Positions 26,764 to 35,459 are shown, counted from the first letter of the stretch. The stretch is DNA of 64,000 nt from an uncultured Anaerolineales bacterium (GCA_964383935.1 CAYLIE010000001.1:148543-212542); one strand, 5' to 3'. Numbers and translations: made by a program. The notes: generated by a model from the sequence alone, not told the origin.

Positions 26764-29307
26764 GTGAAATTCGCAGAAATCGCCGTCAATGCCCCCCTCC
26801 GAGGGCGGCCAAAAACAAACGAGGGGCTCGCCCCCGGCTACTCCCACCTGGCCCCTACCTTCCACTACTCTATCCCCTCTCACCTCGAAGGCCTGGTGGC
26901 TCCGGGGCAACTGGTTCGCGTCCCCTTCGGCCCTCGCATGATGCAGGGGGTCGTCCTGGCCCTAAGGGATACCTCTCCCGTGGAGGAGACCCGCGACATC
27001 GAGGAGATCGCCGCCCTTCAGCCGGTCCTCCTCCCCTTCCAGATTGAACTGGCCCGCTGGATCAGCCACGAGTACCTCTCCCCCCTGATAGATGCCCTTC
27101 TCCTCATGCTCCCCCCAGGCTTGGGCCGCCGCGCCCGCACGATGATAAGCCTGGCTCCCGATGTTGCTCCGTCCTCTGACCTGACAAGCCAGGAGAGGGC
27201 CATCCTCGACTACCTGAAGCGAGAGGGGGAGACGAGGCTCGACCTTCTCTCTCGAAGGCTCAAGATGGCGGAGGCAAGGGAGGCGGTCGAGGGGCTCATA
27301 AGTCGGGGGTTTCTCCTCAAGCGCTCCCACCTTGAGCCCCCCAGGGTGAGGCCCAAGAGGGAGAGGGTCGCCTGGCTCAAGGTGGAGGTTGATGAAGAAA
27401 TCCTGGCCTCCTTGAAGCGAGCCCCCAAGCAGAGGGCTACTCTGGAATACCTGGCCCAAAACGATGGGGCCTCTGTCTCCGAGATATATAGCCAGGCGGG
27501 GGGAAGCAGTAGCGTGCTGGCGGCCCTGGAGGAGAAAGGGCTGATCGAACTCGTACAAGAGGAGGTATGGCGGGACCCCCTGGCTGACCGGGCCTTCATC
27601 TTGACCCGCCCTCCCAAACTCACCCCTCCCCAAGAGGCCGCCCATAAAGCCATCTCTGAGAGCCTCGACTCTCCCACCTCTCAGGTCTTCCTCCTCCATG
27701 GGGTGACGGGCAGCGGCAAAACCGAGATATATCTGCGGGCCCTGGAGGATCTGCTGGCCAGGAAGCAACAGGCCATCTGCCTCGTTCCCGAGATCGCCCT
27801 CACCCCCCAGACCATCCGCCGCTTCGGGGCCCGTTTCCCCGGGCGGATAGCCGTCCTCCATAGCAAACTCTCCTTGGGAGAGCGGTACGACACCTGGCGA
27901 CGGGCCAGAGAGGGCCAGATCGATATCGTCATCGGCTCCCGTTCCGCCATCTTCGCCCCCTTGCCCCGTTTGGGCCTCATCGTCATCGACGAGGAGCATG
28001 AGTGGTCGTATAAACAGGAGAAGACCCCCCGCTACCACGCTCGGGATGTGGCCATAAAACTCGCCGAGTTGACCGGAGCCGCAGTGGTTCTGGGGAGCGC
28101 CACCCCCGATGTGGGCACCTACTACCGTGCGGAGAGGGGAGAGTACCATCTCCTGAGCCTCCCCCAGCGGATTATGGGCCATAGAAAAGGCTTGGAGGAG
28201 CAGAGGGCCAGATACGCCATCCCCGATACCAGATACGCGGTGCGAGAACTGGAGAAGGGGTACGATGCTCAGTATATGGACCTCCCCCCCGTCCAAGTGG
28301 TGGACCTGCGCCAGGAACTTCGGGCTGGGAATCGGGGCATCTTCAGCCGGGCCCTCCAGGCTGCTATGAAGGAAACCTTGGCCGCGGGAGAGCAGGTGAT
28401 CCTATTCCTCAACCGTCGAGGAGCGGCCACTTTCGTTATGTGCCGCGATTGCGGCTATGTGATTAAGTGCCCCCGCTGCCAGGTGCCCCTGACCTATCAT
28501 TCCGCGGGGGAAGACCTGGTCTGCCACCATTGCAACAAAAGAAGCCGACCCCCCACCGTCTGCCCTAACTGCCAGAGCAAGCGGATTAAATATTTCGGCA
28601 TCGGCACGCAAAGGGTAGAAGAAGAAGTGGAACGTCTCTTCCACCGGGCTCGTACTATCCGCTGGGATAGGGATACCACGGGGCGAAAGGGGGCCCATGA
28701 AGCCATCTTGGAGCGGTTCATCAGCCGCCAAGCCGATGTGATGGTGGGCACCCAGATGGTGGCTAAGGGGCTCGATCTGCCCCTGGTTACCCTGGTGGGG
28801 GTGGTCACGGCGGATACCGCTCTGCACCTTCCCGATTTTCGGGCCGGGGAGCGGACCTTTCAACTTCTGACCCAGGTGGCCGGGCGCGCGGGGAGGAGCA
28901 TCTTGGGCGGCAAGGTGATCGTCCAGACCTACACCCCCCACCATTACGCCATTCAAGCGGCCAGCGGGCACGACTACGAGGCTTTCTATCGCCAGGAACT
29001 CGCCTTCCGCCGGGAGCAGGGGTACCCGCCCTATAAGAGGCTGGTGAGGCTCATCCGCGTGGGGAGGAGTTATAAGCGCTGCCAGGAGGATGCGGAGAGG
29101 CTCTATCGCGTTCTCGAGAATAAGATAGCGCGGCTGGGCTTGCCTGGCGTGGACCTCATCGGCCCGGCACCGGCCTTCCACGCTCGCCTGCGAGGGAACT
29201 ACCGTTGGCATATCATCGTCCGCGCCTGGGACCCCTACCCCCTCTTAGAGGATATGCCTCTCCCCCGAGGCTGGCGGGTGGACGTAGATCCGGTTAGCGT
29301 GCTGTAA
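26764..29307 (+). CDS. priA: Primosomal protein N-prime (replication restart helicase PriA)
   Basis: LLHGVTGSGKTEIY Walker A and DEEHE Walker B. A Cys-rich zinc-binding region CRDCGYVIKCPRCQVPLTYH...CHHCNKR...CPNCQS. 847 aa. Confidence 0.85.
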   Translation: MKFAEIAVNAPLRGRPKTNEGLAPGYSHLAPTFHYSIPSHLEGLVAPGQLVRVPFGPRMMQGVVLALRDTSPVEETRDIEEIAALQPVLLPFQIELARWISHEYLSPLIDALLLMLPPGLGRRARTMISLAPDVAPSSDLTSQERAILDYLKREGETRLDLLSRRLKMAEAREAVEGLISRGFLLKRSHLEPPRVRPKRERVAWLKVEVDEEILASLKRAPKQRATLEYLAQNDGASVSEIYSQAGGSSSVLAALEEKGLIELVQEEVWRDPLADRAFILTRPPKLTPPQEAAHKAISESLDSPTSQVFLLHGVTGSGKTEIYLRALEDLLARKQQAICLVPEIALTPQTIRRFGARFPGRIAVLHSKLSLGERYDTWRRAREGQIDIVIGSRSAIFAPLPRLGLIVIDEEHEWSYKQEKTPRYHARDVAIKLAELTGAAVVLGSATPDVGTYYRAERGEYHLLSLPQRIMGHRKGLEEQRARYAIPDTRYAVRELEKGYDAQYMDLPPVQVVDLRQELRAGNRGIFSRALQAAMKETLAAGEQVILFLNRRGAATFVMCRDCGYVIKCPRCQVPLTYHSAGEDLVCHHCNKRSRPPTVCPNCQSKRIKYFGIGTQRVEEEVERLFHRARTIRWDRDTTGRKGAHEAILERFISRQADVMVGTQMVAKGLDLPLVTLVGVVTADTALHLPDFRAGERTFQLLTQVAGRAGRSILGGKVIVQTYTPHHYAIQAASGHDYEAFYRQELAFRREQGYPPYKRLVRLIRVGRSYKRCQEDAERLYRVLENKIARLGLPGVDLIGPAPAFHARLRGNYRWHIIVRAWDPYPLLEDMPLPRGWRVDVDPVSVL

Positions 29308-29308
29308 G
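29273..29308 (+). repeat. Direct repeat copy 1: 36 bp, the priA 3-prime terminus including its stop codon
   Basis: GGCGGGTGGACGTAGATCCGGTTAGCGTGCTGTAAG matches 29944-29979 at 33 of 36 positions. Confidence 0.8.
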
Positions 29309-29457
29309 TAGTGCCCACAGGGCTTTAGTCCAAGGCTACCACGTACCAGCGTTACTAGTTCCCTCTTTGCCTCCCTGATAGATTTATGATATATTTGCCT
29401 TGAGGCTCTATTCTATCTGGCGGCGTGCCTCTAGCAAGCCAGGATAGGAGGTATTCA

Positions 29458-29700
29458 ATGGCCAAAAGGATTTACAAAGTCATCTTCGAGCCCCAAGAGG
29501 AGGGCGGCTATACGGTAACCGTTCCCTCCCTGCCTGGCTGCATCTCCGAAGGTGATAGTTACGAGGAAGCCCTGGCTAATATCAAAGAGGCCATGGCCCT
29601 CTACCTCGGGAGCCTCGCCGCCGATGGGTTGCCTATCCCCGAGGAGAAAAACCTCATCCTGGAAATCGAATCCCCCTATGAACCGACTCCCAGCCCTTAA
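29458..29700 (+). CDS. hicB: HicB-family antitoxin (UPF0150)
   Basis: MAKRIYKVIFEPQEEGGYTVTVPSLPGCISEGDSYEEALANIKEAMALYL is the HicB/RNase-H-like fold signature. RBS AGGAGG; it overlaps the hicA start. Confidence 0.7.
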   Translation: MAKRIYKVIFEPQEEGGYTVTVPSLPGCISEGDSYEEALANIKEAMALYLGSLAADGLPIPEEKNLILEIESPYEPTPSP

Positions 29701-29902
29701 GCCTAAAGAGGTTGAGCGCGTTCTCCTCCGGGCGGGCTTTGTGGAGCATCGCCAAAAGGGAAGCCACAAGATCTTCAAAAAAGGAAGCCTACGAGTAGTG
29801 CTCCCTTATCATGGCAAAGATCTAAAGCGGGGAACGTTAAGGGCCATCATCGAACAAGCCCATCTGACTGTTGAGGAGTTCCTAGGGCTCTTGAGGGGAT
29901 AG
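29678..29902 (+). CDS. hicA: HicA-family mRNA interferase toxin
   Basis: LKPKEVERVLLRAGFVEHRQKGSHKIFKK is the YcfA/HicA dsRBD-like motif with a conserved His. 75 aa. Confidence 0.75.
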   Translation: MNRLPALKPKEVERVLLRAGFVEHRQKGSHKIFKKGSLRVVLPYHGKDLKRGTLRAIIEQAHLTVEEFLGLLRG

Positions 29903-29917
29903 AAGAGCAAAGCGTAG

Positions 29918-29943
29918 CGCCGTCCTTTAGGGCGGCGTTTTCT
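29918..29943 (+). terminator. Rho-independent terminator after hicA
   Basis: CGCCGTCC-TTTA-GGGCGGCG is followed by TTTTCT. Confidence 0.5.
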
Positions 29944-29979
29944 GGCGGGTGGACGTGGACCCGGTCAGCGTGCTGTAAG
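29944..29979 (+). repeat. Direct repeat copy 2 of the priA 3-prime terminus
   Basis: GGCGGGTGGACGTGGACCCGGTCAGCGTGCTGTAAG also encodes WRVDVDPVSVL-stop. All three differences from copy 1 fall in codon third positions. Confidence 0.8.
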
Positions 29980-30005
29980 ACGACATTCCCTGCCCCCAAC
30001 TCGTG

Positions 30006-30054
30006 GCCCCGGATTTCGCCTGTCCTGGCTGTAGTGGGCCAGGGAATCCGGGGC
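30006..30054. repeat. Long imperfect hairpin (about 20 bp of paired stem)
   Basis: GCCCCGGATTTCGCCTGTCCTGGC ... GCCAGGGAATCCGGGGC. Confidence 0.4.
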
Positions 30055-30113
30055 ATCTTTCTATCTATCAATAACGCAGGGCAGGTTTCCATACCTGCCC
30101 ATTTGGCCTAAAC

Positions 30114-30167
30114 GTAGCGTCGGGCTTTAGCCCGACGAAGATCCGTCACCCTAAAGGGCGACGCTAC
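30114..30167. repeat. Two further copies (one inverted) of a small GC-stem/TTTA-loop palindrome related to the hicA terminator
   Basis: GTAGCGTCGGGCTTTAGCCCGACG at 30114-30137 and the reverse complement of CGTCACCCTAAAGGGCGACGCTAC at 30144-30167 both resemble GTAGCGCCGTCCTTTAGGGCGGCG at 29913. Confidence 0.45.
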
Positions 30168-30398
30168 AATCTGTTTTGCGTCGTTCGCGGGCCACCTTGA
30201 CAATCTAGAACGTTTGTGCTATGATTGTCCCATTGGGATTTGGTCGTTTGCCATTTGGCCGAGGTGGTTGTTTCCCATTTTTTATTTTAACCACCCCCCC
30301 TGCGCCTAGAGCGGGGTATATGCATCCTTCGCCTGCCACTCATTTGTCCTGAGCGGAGCCGAAGGGCCTTTTGCCCTTAAGCCTGTTATAATAAGGCT

Positions 30399-30854
30399 AT
30401 GAAGTTCCTGGTGGACTCCATGCTGGGCCGGCTGGCCAAGTGGCTCCGCATCCTAGGCTATGACACCCTCTACTTCTCCTCCCTGGACGACAGCGATCTG
30501 GTGCGCATCGCCCGCGCCGAAGGACGCATGGTCCTCACCCGCGACCGGATGATGCTCAGGCGGAGGGGGATAGACGCCCTCCTCATCGAAAGCGATGACT
30601 TCAGGGAGCAGATCCGCCAACTCCTCCACGATTTGAACCTGAACCTAGACCGCTCTTTCAGCCGCTGCCCGGTCTGTAACAGCCCCTTGGAAGAGGTGGC
30701 CAAGGAAGCGGTCCGGGAGCGGGTCCCCCCTTACGTCTTCCAGACCCAGGAGCGGTTCAGCCTCTGCCCCCAGTGCGGCAAGGTCTACTGGCGAGGTACC
30801 CATTGGCAGAGGATGAGAGAAAGGCTCAAGAGGCTAGAAGAGGAAGCGCTCTGA
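30399..30854 (+). CDS. Mut7-C RNase domain protein (PIN-like, with a C-terminal zinc ribbon)
   Basis: MKFLVDSMLGRLAKWLRILGYDT is typical of PF01927. Two CxxC pairs follow (CPVCNS, CPQCGK). Confidence 0.7.
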   Translation: MKFLVDSMLGRLAKWLRILGYDTLYFSSLDDSDLVRIARAEGRMVLTRDRMMLRRRGIDALLIESDDFREQIRQLLHDLNLNLDRSFSRCPVCNSPLEEVAKEAVRERVPPYVFQTQERFSLCPQCGKVYWRGTHWQRMRERLKRLEEEAL

Positions 30855-30913
30855 ATAGTGGTCTGGAGGGCGGTTTGAAGTGCACCCCTCTTGTGATATA
30901 CTAGATTTTGGAG

Positions 30914-31852
30914 ATGGCTGTGGCCTTCGCACCGGGTAAGGTGATTCTTTTCGGTGAACACGCCGTGGTCTATGGCCGGCCGGCCATAGCGGTGCCCGTG
31001 ATCCAGGTAGGGGCGCGGGTGACCGTGGAAAGGGGCGTGGATGGTGGCATCTTAATCCAAGCGAAAGACCTGGGCCTCAGCCATACCATGGGAGAACCGC
31101 CAGTGGATGAGGCCCTGGAGCCGGTCATCTCTCTGGTAGAGAGCACCCTAGAGTACCTGGGGGTTCGTGGTCTGCCTCCCCTGGTCATCACCATCACCTC
31201 CACTGTTCCCATAGCCCGCGGCCTGGGGAGCGGGGCGGCGGTCTCTACCGCCTTGGTTCGAGGGTTAAGCGAGCATTTCGGGCGAGAATCGGGCCCTGAG
31301 GAGGTCTCCGCTCTCGTCTATGAGGCGGAGAAGTTCCATCATGGCACCCCCAGCGGCATCGATAATACGGTGATCTCCTATGGGCAGCCCATCTACTTTG
31401 TAAGGGGCGAGCCCCCCCAGATCTTCAAGGTGGGGAAACCTTTTCTCTTGGCCATCGGCGATTCGGGTGTAAAAAGCCCTACCAAGGTGGTGGTAGAGGA
31501 GGTGCGCCGCCGATGGGAGGGTGAGCCTTCCAGATATGAACCCCTTTTCGACCAGATAGGCCGGGTCGTGGAGAGAGCGAAGGAAGAGATGGAAGAGGGT
31601 AACCTGGAAGGTTTAGGGTCACTGATGGACGAAAACCAGGCTCTTCTTCGGAACCTAGGGGTTTCCTCTCCCCAACTGGATGGTTTGGTGAAAGTAGCGA
31701 GGGAAGCCGGTGCTTTGGGGGCCAAACTTTCGGGAGCAGGACAGGGCGGAAGCATCATCGCCTTGATCGGGGAGAGAAGCCGAGAGGCGGTAATGGCCGC
31801 CTTGGAGCGAGAGGGTGCCCAGAGGGTGATCACGACCGAGGTCTCATCATGA
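30914..31852 (+). CDS. mvk: Mevalonate kinase (GHMP kinase)
   Basis: APGKVILFGEHAVVYG N-terminal motif, PIARGLGSGAAVSTAL ATP-binding motif and KLSGAGQGGSIIAL C-terminal motif. ATG at 30914; the track ORF begins at an upstream TTG. Confidence 0.75.
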   Translation: MAVAFAPGKVILFGEHAVVYGRPAIAVPVIQVGARVTVERGVDGGILIQAKDLGLSHTMGEPPVDEALEPVISLVESTLEYLGVRGLPPLVITITSTVPIARGLGSGAAVSTALVRGLSEHFGRESGPEEVSALVYEAEKFHHGTPSGIDNTVISYGQPIYFVRGEPPQIFKVGKPFLLAIGDSGVKSPTKVVVEEVRRRWEGEPSRYEPLFDQIGRVVERAKEEMEEGNLEGLGSLMDENQALLRNLGVSSPQLDGLVKVAREAGALGAKLSGAGQGGSIIALIGERSREAVMAALEREGAQRVITTEVSS

Positions 31853-32523
31853 TCCAGAAGGTGGACCTAACCGCCGTGGCCAAGAAACTGACGGAGCCGT
31901 ATATGCTGGTGGAGTTAGCCCACGTGGAGGAGTTCGCGGCCCGGCTTTTCATCTGTCAAGGGGCTATAGCCTGGCACAAGCATATCGACGAGGACGAACT
32001 CTTCTTCGTCTACGAGGGAGAGATCTCGTTGGAGAGCGAATGGGGCAGTCATACTCTTCGGACTGGGGAGTTGGCCGTAGTGCCCAAGGGGGTGACCCAT
32101 CGCTCGACCTCTTCTATTCAGTCCGTGGTCCTCCTTTTCGAGCGGAGGCTCTTCTCTGATCGGCAGGATGGCAAAAGGAGGCTCTTCGTCCTCCGAGGTC
32201 AGGGTACGCTGAAAAAAGCGAGCGTTAAGGCAGCGGTGGAAGGATTGGCTCCCTTTTCACCCCTGGATCTGGCTTCAGTAGATGGTTTCGTAGCCCAGGC
32301 AGTGGTATACCAAGGGAGATCGAATTGGCAACGGAACCCCCAAACCCTCCTTCTCTTCCTTCAGGAGGGAGAGGTGGAGTTTGAGACCGACGAGGGGCGG
32401 ACGAAGATCAAGTGTGGAGAGATAGCCAGGGTGCCCAAGGGCTTGGCTCATAGATTGCTGGCTGAGGAATGTGCTGTGGCTCTACTTCTTTTGCGCAAGT
32501 TGGGGGTTTTCGAGGGAGGGTGA
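31849..32523 (+). CDS. Bicupin (two cupin-fold domains) protein of unknown function, embedded in the mevalonate operon
   Basis: Two repeats of a small beta-barrel pattern. The first includes ...GEISLESEWGSHTLRTGELAVVPKGVTHR and the second ...GEVEFETDEGRTKIKCGEIARVPKGLAHR. An ATGA overlap occurs at each end. Confidence 0.5.
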   Translation: MIQKVDLTAVAKKLTEPYMLVELAHVEEFAARLFICQGAIAWHKHIDEDELFFVYEGEISLESEWGSHTLRTGELAVVPKGVTHRSTSSIQSVVLLFERRLFSDRQDGKRRLFVLRGQGTLKKASVKAAVEGLAPFSPLDLASVDGFVAQAVVYQGRSNWQRNPQTLLLFLQEGEVEFETDEGRTKIKCGEIARVPKGLAHRLLAEECAVALLLLRKLGVFEGG

Positions 32524-33506
32524 TGAAAGGAACCGCGGTAGCCAGGGCGAACATCGCTTTCATCAAATATTGGGGAAACTCAAACGACGATTTGCGGCTG
32601 CCGATGAATGGCAGCATATCCATGACCCTTGATAGGCTGCGCACGGTGACCACCGTGGAATTCTCTCCGGCTCTGGCGGAAGACGAGATCGAGGTTGACG
32701 GGGAGGAGCCATCTCCGGATGCCAAGGCCCGGATCGTGGCCCATCTCGATCGCCTGCGTACCTTAGCGGGGAAGCCTCTCAAAGCCCGGGTGGCCTCAGT
32801 TAATGATTTTCCCACTGGGGTGGGGCTCGCCTCTTCAGCCTCCGGTTTCGCCGCCCTCACTTTAGCCGCTGCTGCGGCTTTGGAGATGAGGTTAGAGGAT
32901 AGGGAACTTTCTACCTTGGCGCGCTTGGGCTCGGGTTCAGCAACTCGCTCTATATGGGGAGGGTATGTGGAGTGGGTGGCGGGGACCGAACATGAGGATT
33001 CCTTCGCTTTACAGATTGCCTCTCCAGAGCATTGGGAGATCTGCGATTGCATCGCCCTGGTCTCCGCGGAGACCAAAGAGGTAGCCTCTTCCGAGGGCCA
33101 TAAATTGGCCAAGAGTAGCCCCCTATATTCGGCTAGGCTCTCCCAGGTGGAGGAAGACCTAGACCGGGTGAGGGAAGCCATTCTAACTCGCGATTTCGAG
33201 AGCCTGGGTTCTGTGGCCGAGAGGGAGACCCTCTCCTTGCACGCCATCATGATGACCTCGCAGCCTAGCCTTCTCTACTGGACACCGGCCACGGTGAGGG
33301 TCATGAAAGAGGTTCGCAATTGGAGGGAGGAGGGACGTGCTGTCTACTTCACCATCGACGCGGGCCCCAACGTCCATCTCTTGACTTTGCCCTCTTGTGT
33401 GGAAGAGATAGAAAGGGCGCTGGGGGAGGTGGAAGGGGTAAGGCAGGTCATAGTATGTCGGCCCGGCCAGGGGGTTGGGCTCATCGAGGAGGAGCACCTC
33501 TTCTAG
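32523..33506 (+). CDS. Mevalonate diphosphate/phosphate decarboxylase family (GHMP)
   Basis: ARANIAFIKYWGN N-terminal motif, GLASSASGFAAL and GSGSATRS. Substrate specificity (5-phosphate or 5-diphosphate) cannot be told from sequence by eye. Confidence 0.75.
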   Translation: MKGTAVARANIAFIKYWGNSNDDLRLPMNGSISMTLDRLRTVTTVEFSPALAEDEIEVDGEEPSPDAKARIVAHLDRLRTLAGKPLKARVASVNDFPTGVGLASSASGFAALTLAAAAALEMRLEDRELSTLARLGSGSATRSIWGGYVEWVAGTEHEDSFALQIASPEHWEICDCIALVSAETKEVASSEGHKLAKSSPLYSARLSQVEEDLDRVREAILTRDFESLGSVAERETLSLHAIMMTSQPSLLYWTPATVRVMKEVRNWREEGRAVYFTIDAGPNVHLLTLPSCVEEIERALGEVEGVRQVIVCRPGQGVGLIEEEHLF

Positions 33507-33534
33507 AGGAGGCATCTTGGGGGAACTCATCTTT

Positions 33535-34320
33535 ATGAAACTGGGCGGTTCTCTCATCACAGAGAAATCGGTGCGAGAGACACCGCGCAGGGAGGTGATC
33601 GAGCGGGCGGCCCGAGAGGTCAAGGAGGCGCTTGAGGAAGGGACCTTTCGACTCCTTCTGGGGCATGGCAGCGGTTCTTTCGGCCACTATCCCGCCCGGA
33701 AGTACGGTGTCCATGAAGGGTTGAAAGAGGAGTGGTGGGGGTTCGCCGAGACAGGGGCGGTTGCTGCGCGTCTCAATCGGCTGGTGACCGATATCTTCTT
33801 AGAGACGAGGGTGCCTGTCCTTTCCATCCAGCCTTCCGGGTCCGCTCGGTGTCGAGATGGGGAGTTGATCCACTTGGAGATTGAACCTATCAGAGAGGCT
33901 CTCGATCATGGGCTGGTTCCCTTGGTCTATGGTGATGTGGCCTTCGACGAGGAGCGAGGAAGCGCCATCATATCGACGGAGGAGATATTCGCCTACCTCT
34001 CATCGCATCTTGTGCCCCAGCGGATAATCCTGACTGGAGAGGTGGAGGGGGTCTATGCCGGCGACCCAGAGGTGGACCCCGAGGCTCGCTTACTGGAGTG
34101 GATCTCCCCTGCCGATCTGTCCCAACTGGAGGGCGTGTTGGCCGGTTCGCCTACGGTCGATGTGACGGGAGGTATGTTAGCCAAAGTGCGTATTATGTGT
34201 CGCATTGTGGAGAGGCAACCCTCTCTAGAAGTGCACTTCATCTCTGGGGAGAAGGAAGGCTTCATCAAGCGGGTGCTTCTTCATCCCAGGGTGCATGTAG
34301 GAACCGTTCTTCGGGCGTAA
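33535..34320 (+). CDS. ipk: Isopentenyl phosphate kinase (amino-acid-kinase fold)
   Basis: MKLGGSLIT ... LGHGSGSFGH. About 260 aa, directly after the decarboxylase gene. Confidence 0.7.
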   Translation: MKLGGSLITEKSVRETPRREVIERAAREVKEALEEGTFRLLLGHGSGSFGHYPARKYGVHEGLKEEWWGFAETGAVAARLNRLVTDIFLETRVPVLSIQPSGSARCRDGELIHLEIEPIREALDHGLVPLVYGDVAFDEERGSAIISTEEIFAYLSSHLVPQRIILTGEVEGVYAGDPEVDPEARLLEWISPADLSQLEGVLAGSPTVDVTGGMLAKVRIMCRIVERQPSLEVHFISGEKEGFIKRVLLHPRVHVGTVLRA

Positions 34321-34400
34321 GGAAGGACGGGGTAGTTGTCAATCTCCCTGGGGCATCTTTGGTCCTTTAGAAGTACTGGCCACGGTTTGAAGAGTAGTTA

Positions 34401-35456
34401 ATGATCACCATCGATGGCTCTTACGGGGAGGGGGGAGGGCAGATACTCCGTACCTCCCTCACTTTGGCTGCGGTCACCGGCAAGCCGTTAAAGATGGTAA
34501 ATATCCGGGCGGGGAGGAAGAACCCCGGGCTGGGAGCCCAGCATTTAACTGCTATCCTAGCCGCTGCTGCCGTATGCGACGCTCACTTAGAGGGTGCACA
34601 TCTGGGATCTCAGACTCTTACCTTTGTACCTCGATCGCCACCCCAGGCGGGCTCTTACTCTTGGGATGTGGCTGCTGCTAGAAAGGGTGGGAGTGCGGGA
34701 TCTACTAGCCTTATCCTGCAGACTGTTCTTTTTCCTCTGGCCTTGGCGGAAGGGCGGTCGAAGGTCACTGTCAAGGGTGGCACCCACGTGCCTTGGAGCC
34801 CACCCTATCACTTTCTGGAAAAAGTTTATCTCCCTACCTTGGCTCATCTAGGGGTAGAGGCCAGAGCAGATATCGAAAGGTGGGGTTGGTACCCCATCGG
34901 ACGAGGAAGCGTGAAAGCTCAAGTCAAAGAAGTCACTTCTAGACCTCTTCTTGAGCCTATCGATCTGGATGAGCGGGGGGAGTTTTTGTGCCTCTCCGGG
35001 CTCTCCGCTCTCTCTAACCTGCCTGAACATATCGCTCAGCGGCAGAGGGACCGAGCGCTGGAGATATTGCGAAGGGAGGGCTTCGAGCCGGATATAAGAA
35101 TAGAAGAGGGTAAATCTTTGGGCCGAGGTACAATGTTTTTCCTCTGGGCGGAGTTCGAAAACGGAGTGGCCGGTTTCACCGCTCTGGGGGCGCCGGGGAA
35201 GCCAGCGGAGGAGGTAGCCGAGGAGGCTTGTCAGGCTTTTTTGGAATATTACCACAGCGGGGCTGCCTTAGACAAGCATCTGGCAGATCAACTCATCCTC
35301 CCCTTGGCTTTAGCCGATGGTCACTCCGCCTTTACCACTTGCCAGATCACTCAACACCTTATCAGCAATATCTGGGTGGTAGAGCGGTTCATCGATATAG
35401 ATTATCAAGTTGAGGGGCAGGAGGGGGAGAAAGGGAGGGTCTCTTGTGGGAGGTAG
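34401..35456 (+). CDS. rtcA: RNA 3-prime-terminal phosphate cyclase
   Basis: IDGSYGEGGGQILRTSLTLAAVTGKPLKMVNIRAGRKNPGLGAQHLT is canonical RtcA. Confidence 0.8.
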   Translation: MITIDGSYGEGGGQILRTSLTLAAVTGKPLKMVNIRAGRKNPGLGAQHLTAILAAAAVCDAHLEGAHLGSQTLTFVPRSPPQAGSYSWDVAAARKGGSAGSTSLILQTVLFPLALAEGRSKVTVKGGTHVPWSPPYHFLEKVYLPTLAHLGVEARADIERWGWYPIGRGSVKAQVKEVTSRPLLEPIDLDERGEFLCLSGLSALSNLPEHIAQRQRDRALEILRREGFEPDIRIEEGKSLGRGTMFFLWAEFENGVAGFTALGAPGKPAEEVAEEACQAFLEYYHSGAALDKHLADQLILPLALADGHSAFTTCQITQHLISNIWVVERFIDIDYQVEGQEGEKGRVSCGR

Positions 35457-35459
35457 ATA

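Noticed and set aside
26962-28296. A 444-aa ORF on the minus strand inside priA, and similar long antisense ORFs at 7454-8059, 8133-8807, 10717-11373, 19984-20550, 28402-29211, 40738-41358, 41560-42045, 55699-56205 and 61279-61971
   Set aside because: They lie entirely within well-supported sense genes, their translations are Pro/Arg/Gly-rich low-complexity sequence typical of the antisense frames of GC-rich DNA, and they have no RBS or family resemblance.
33320-33538. A 72-aa ORF and the N-terminal extension of the track ORF 33475-34320 (MGSSRRSTSSRGGILGELIF...) preceding ipk
   Set aside because: The ipk homology begins at MKLGGSLIT (33535). The upstream part overlaps the decarboxylase gene end out of frame and has no family support.
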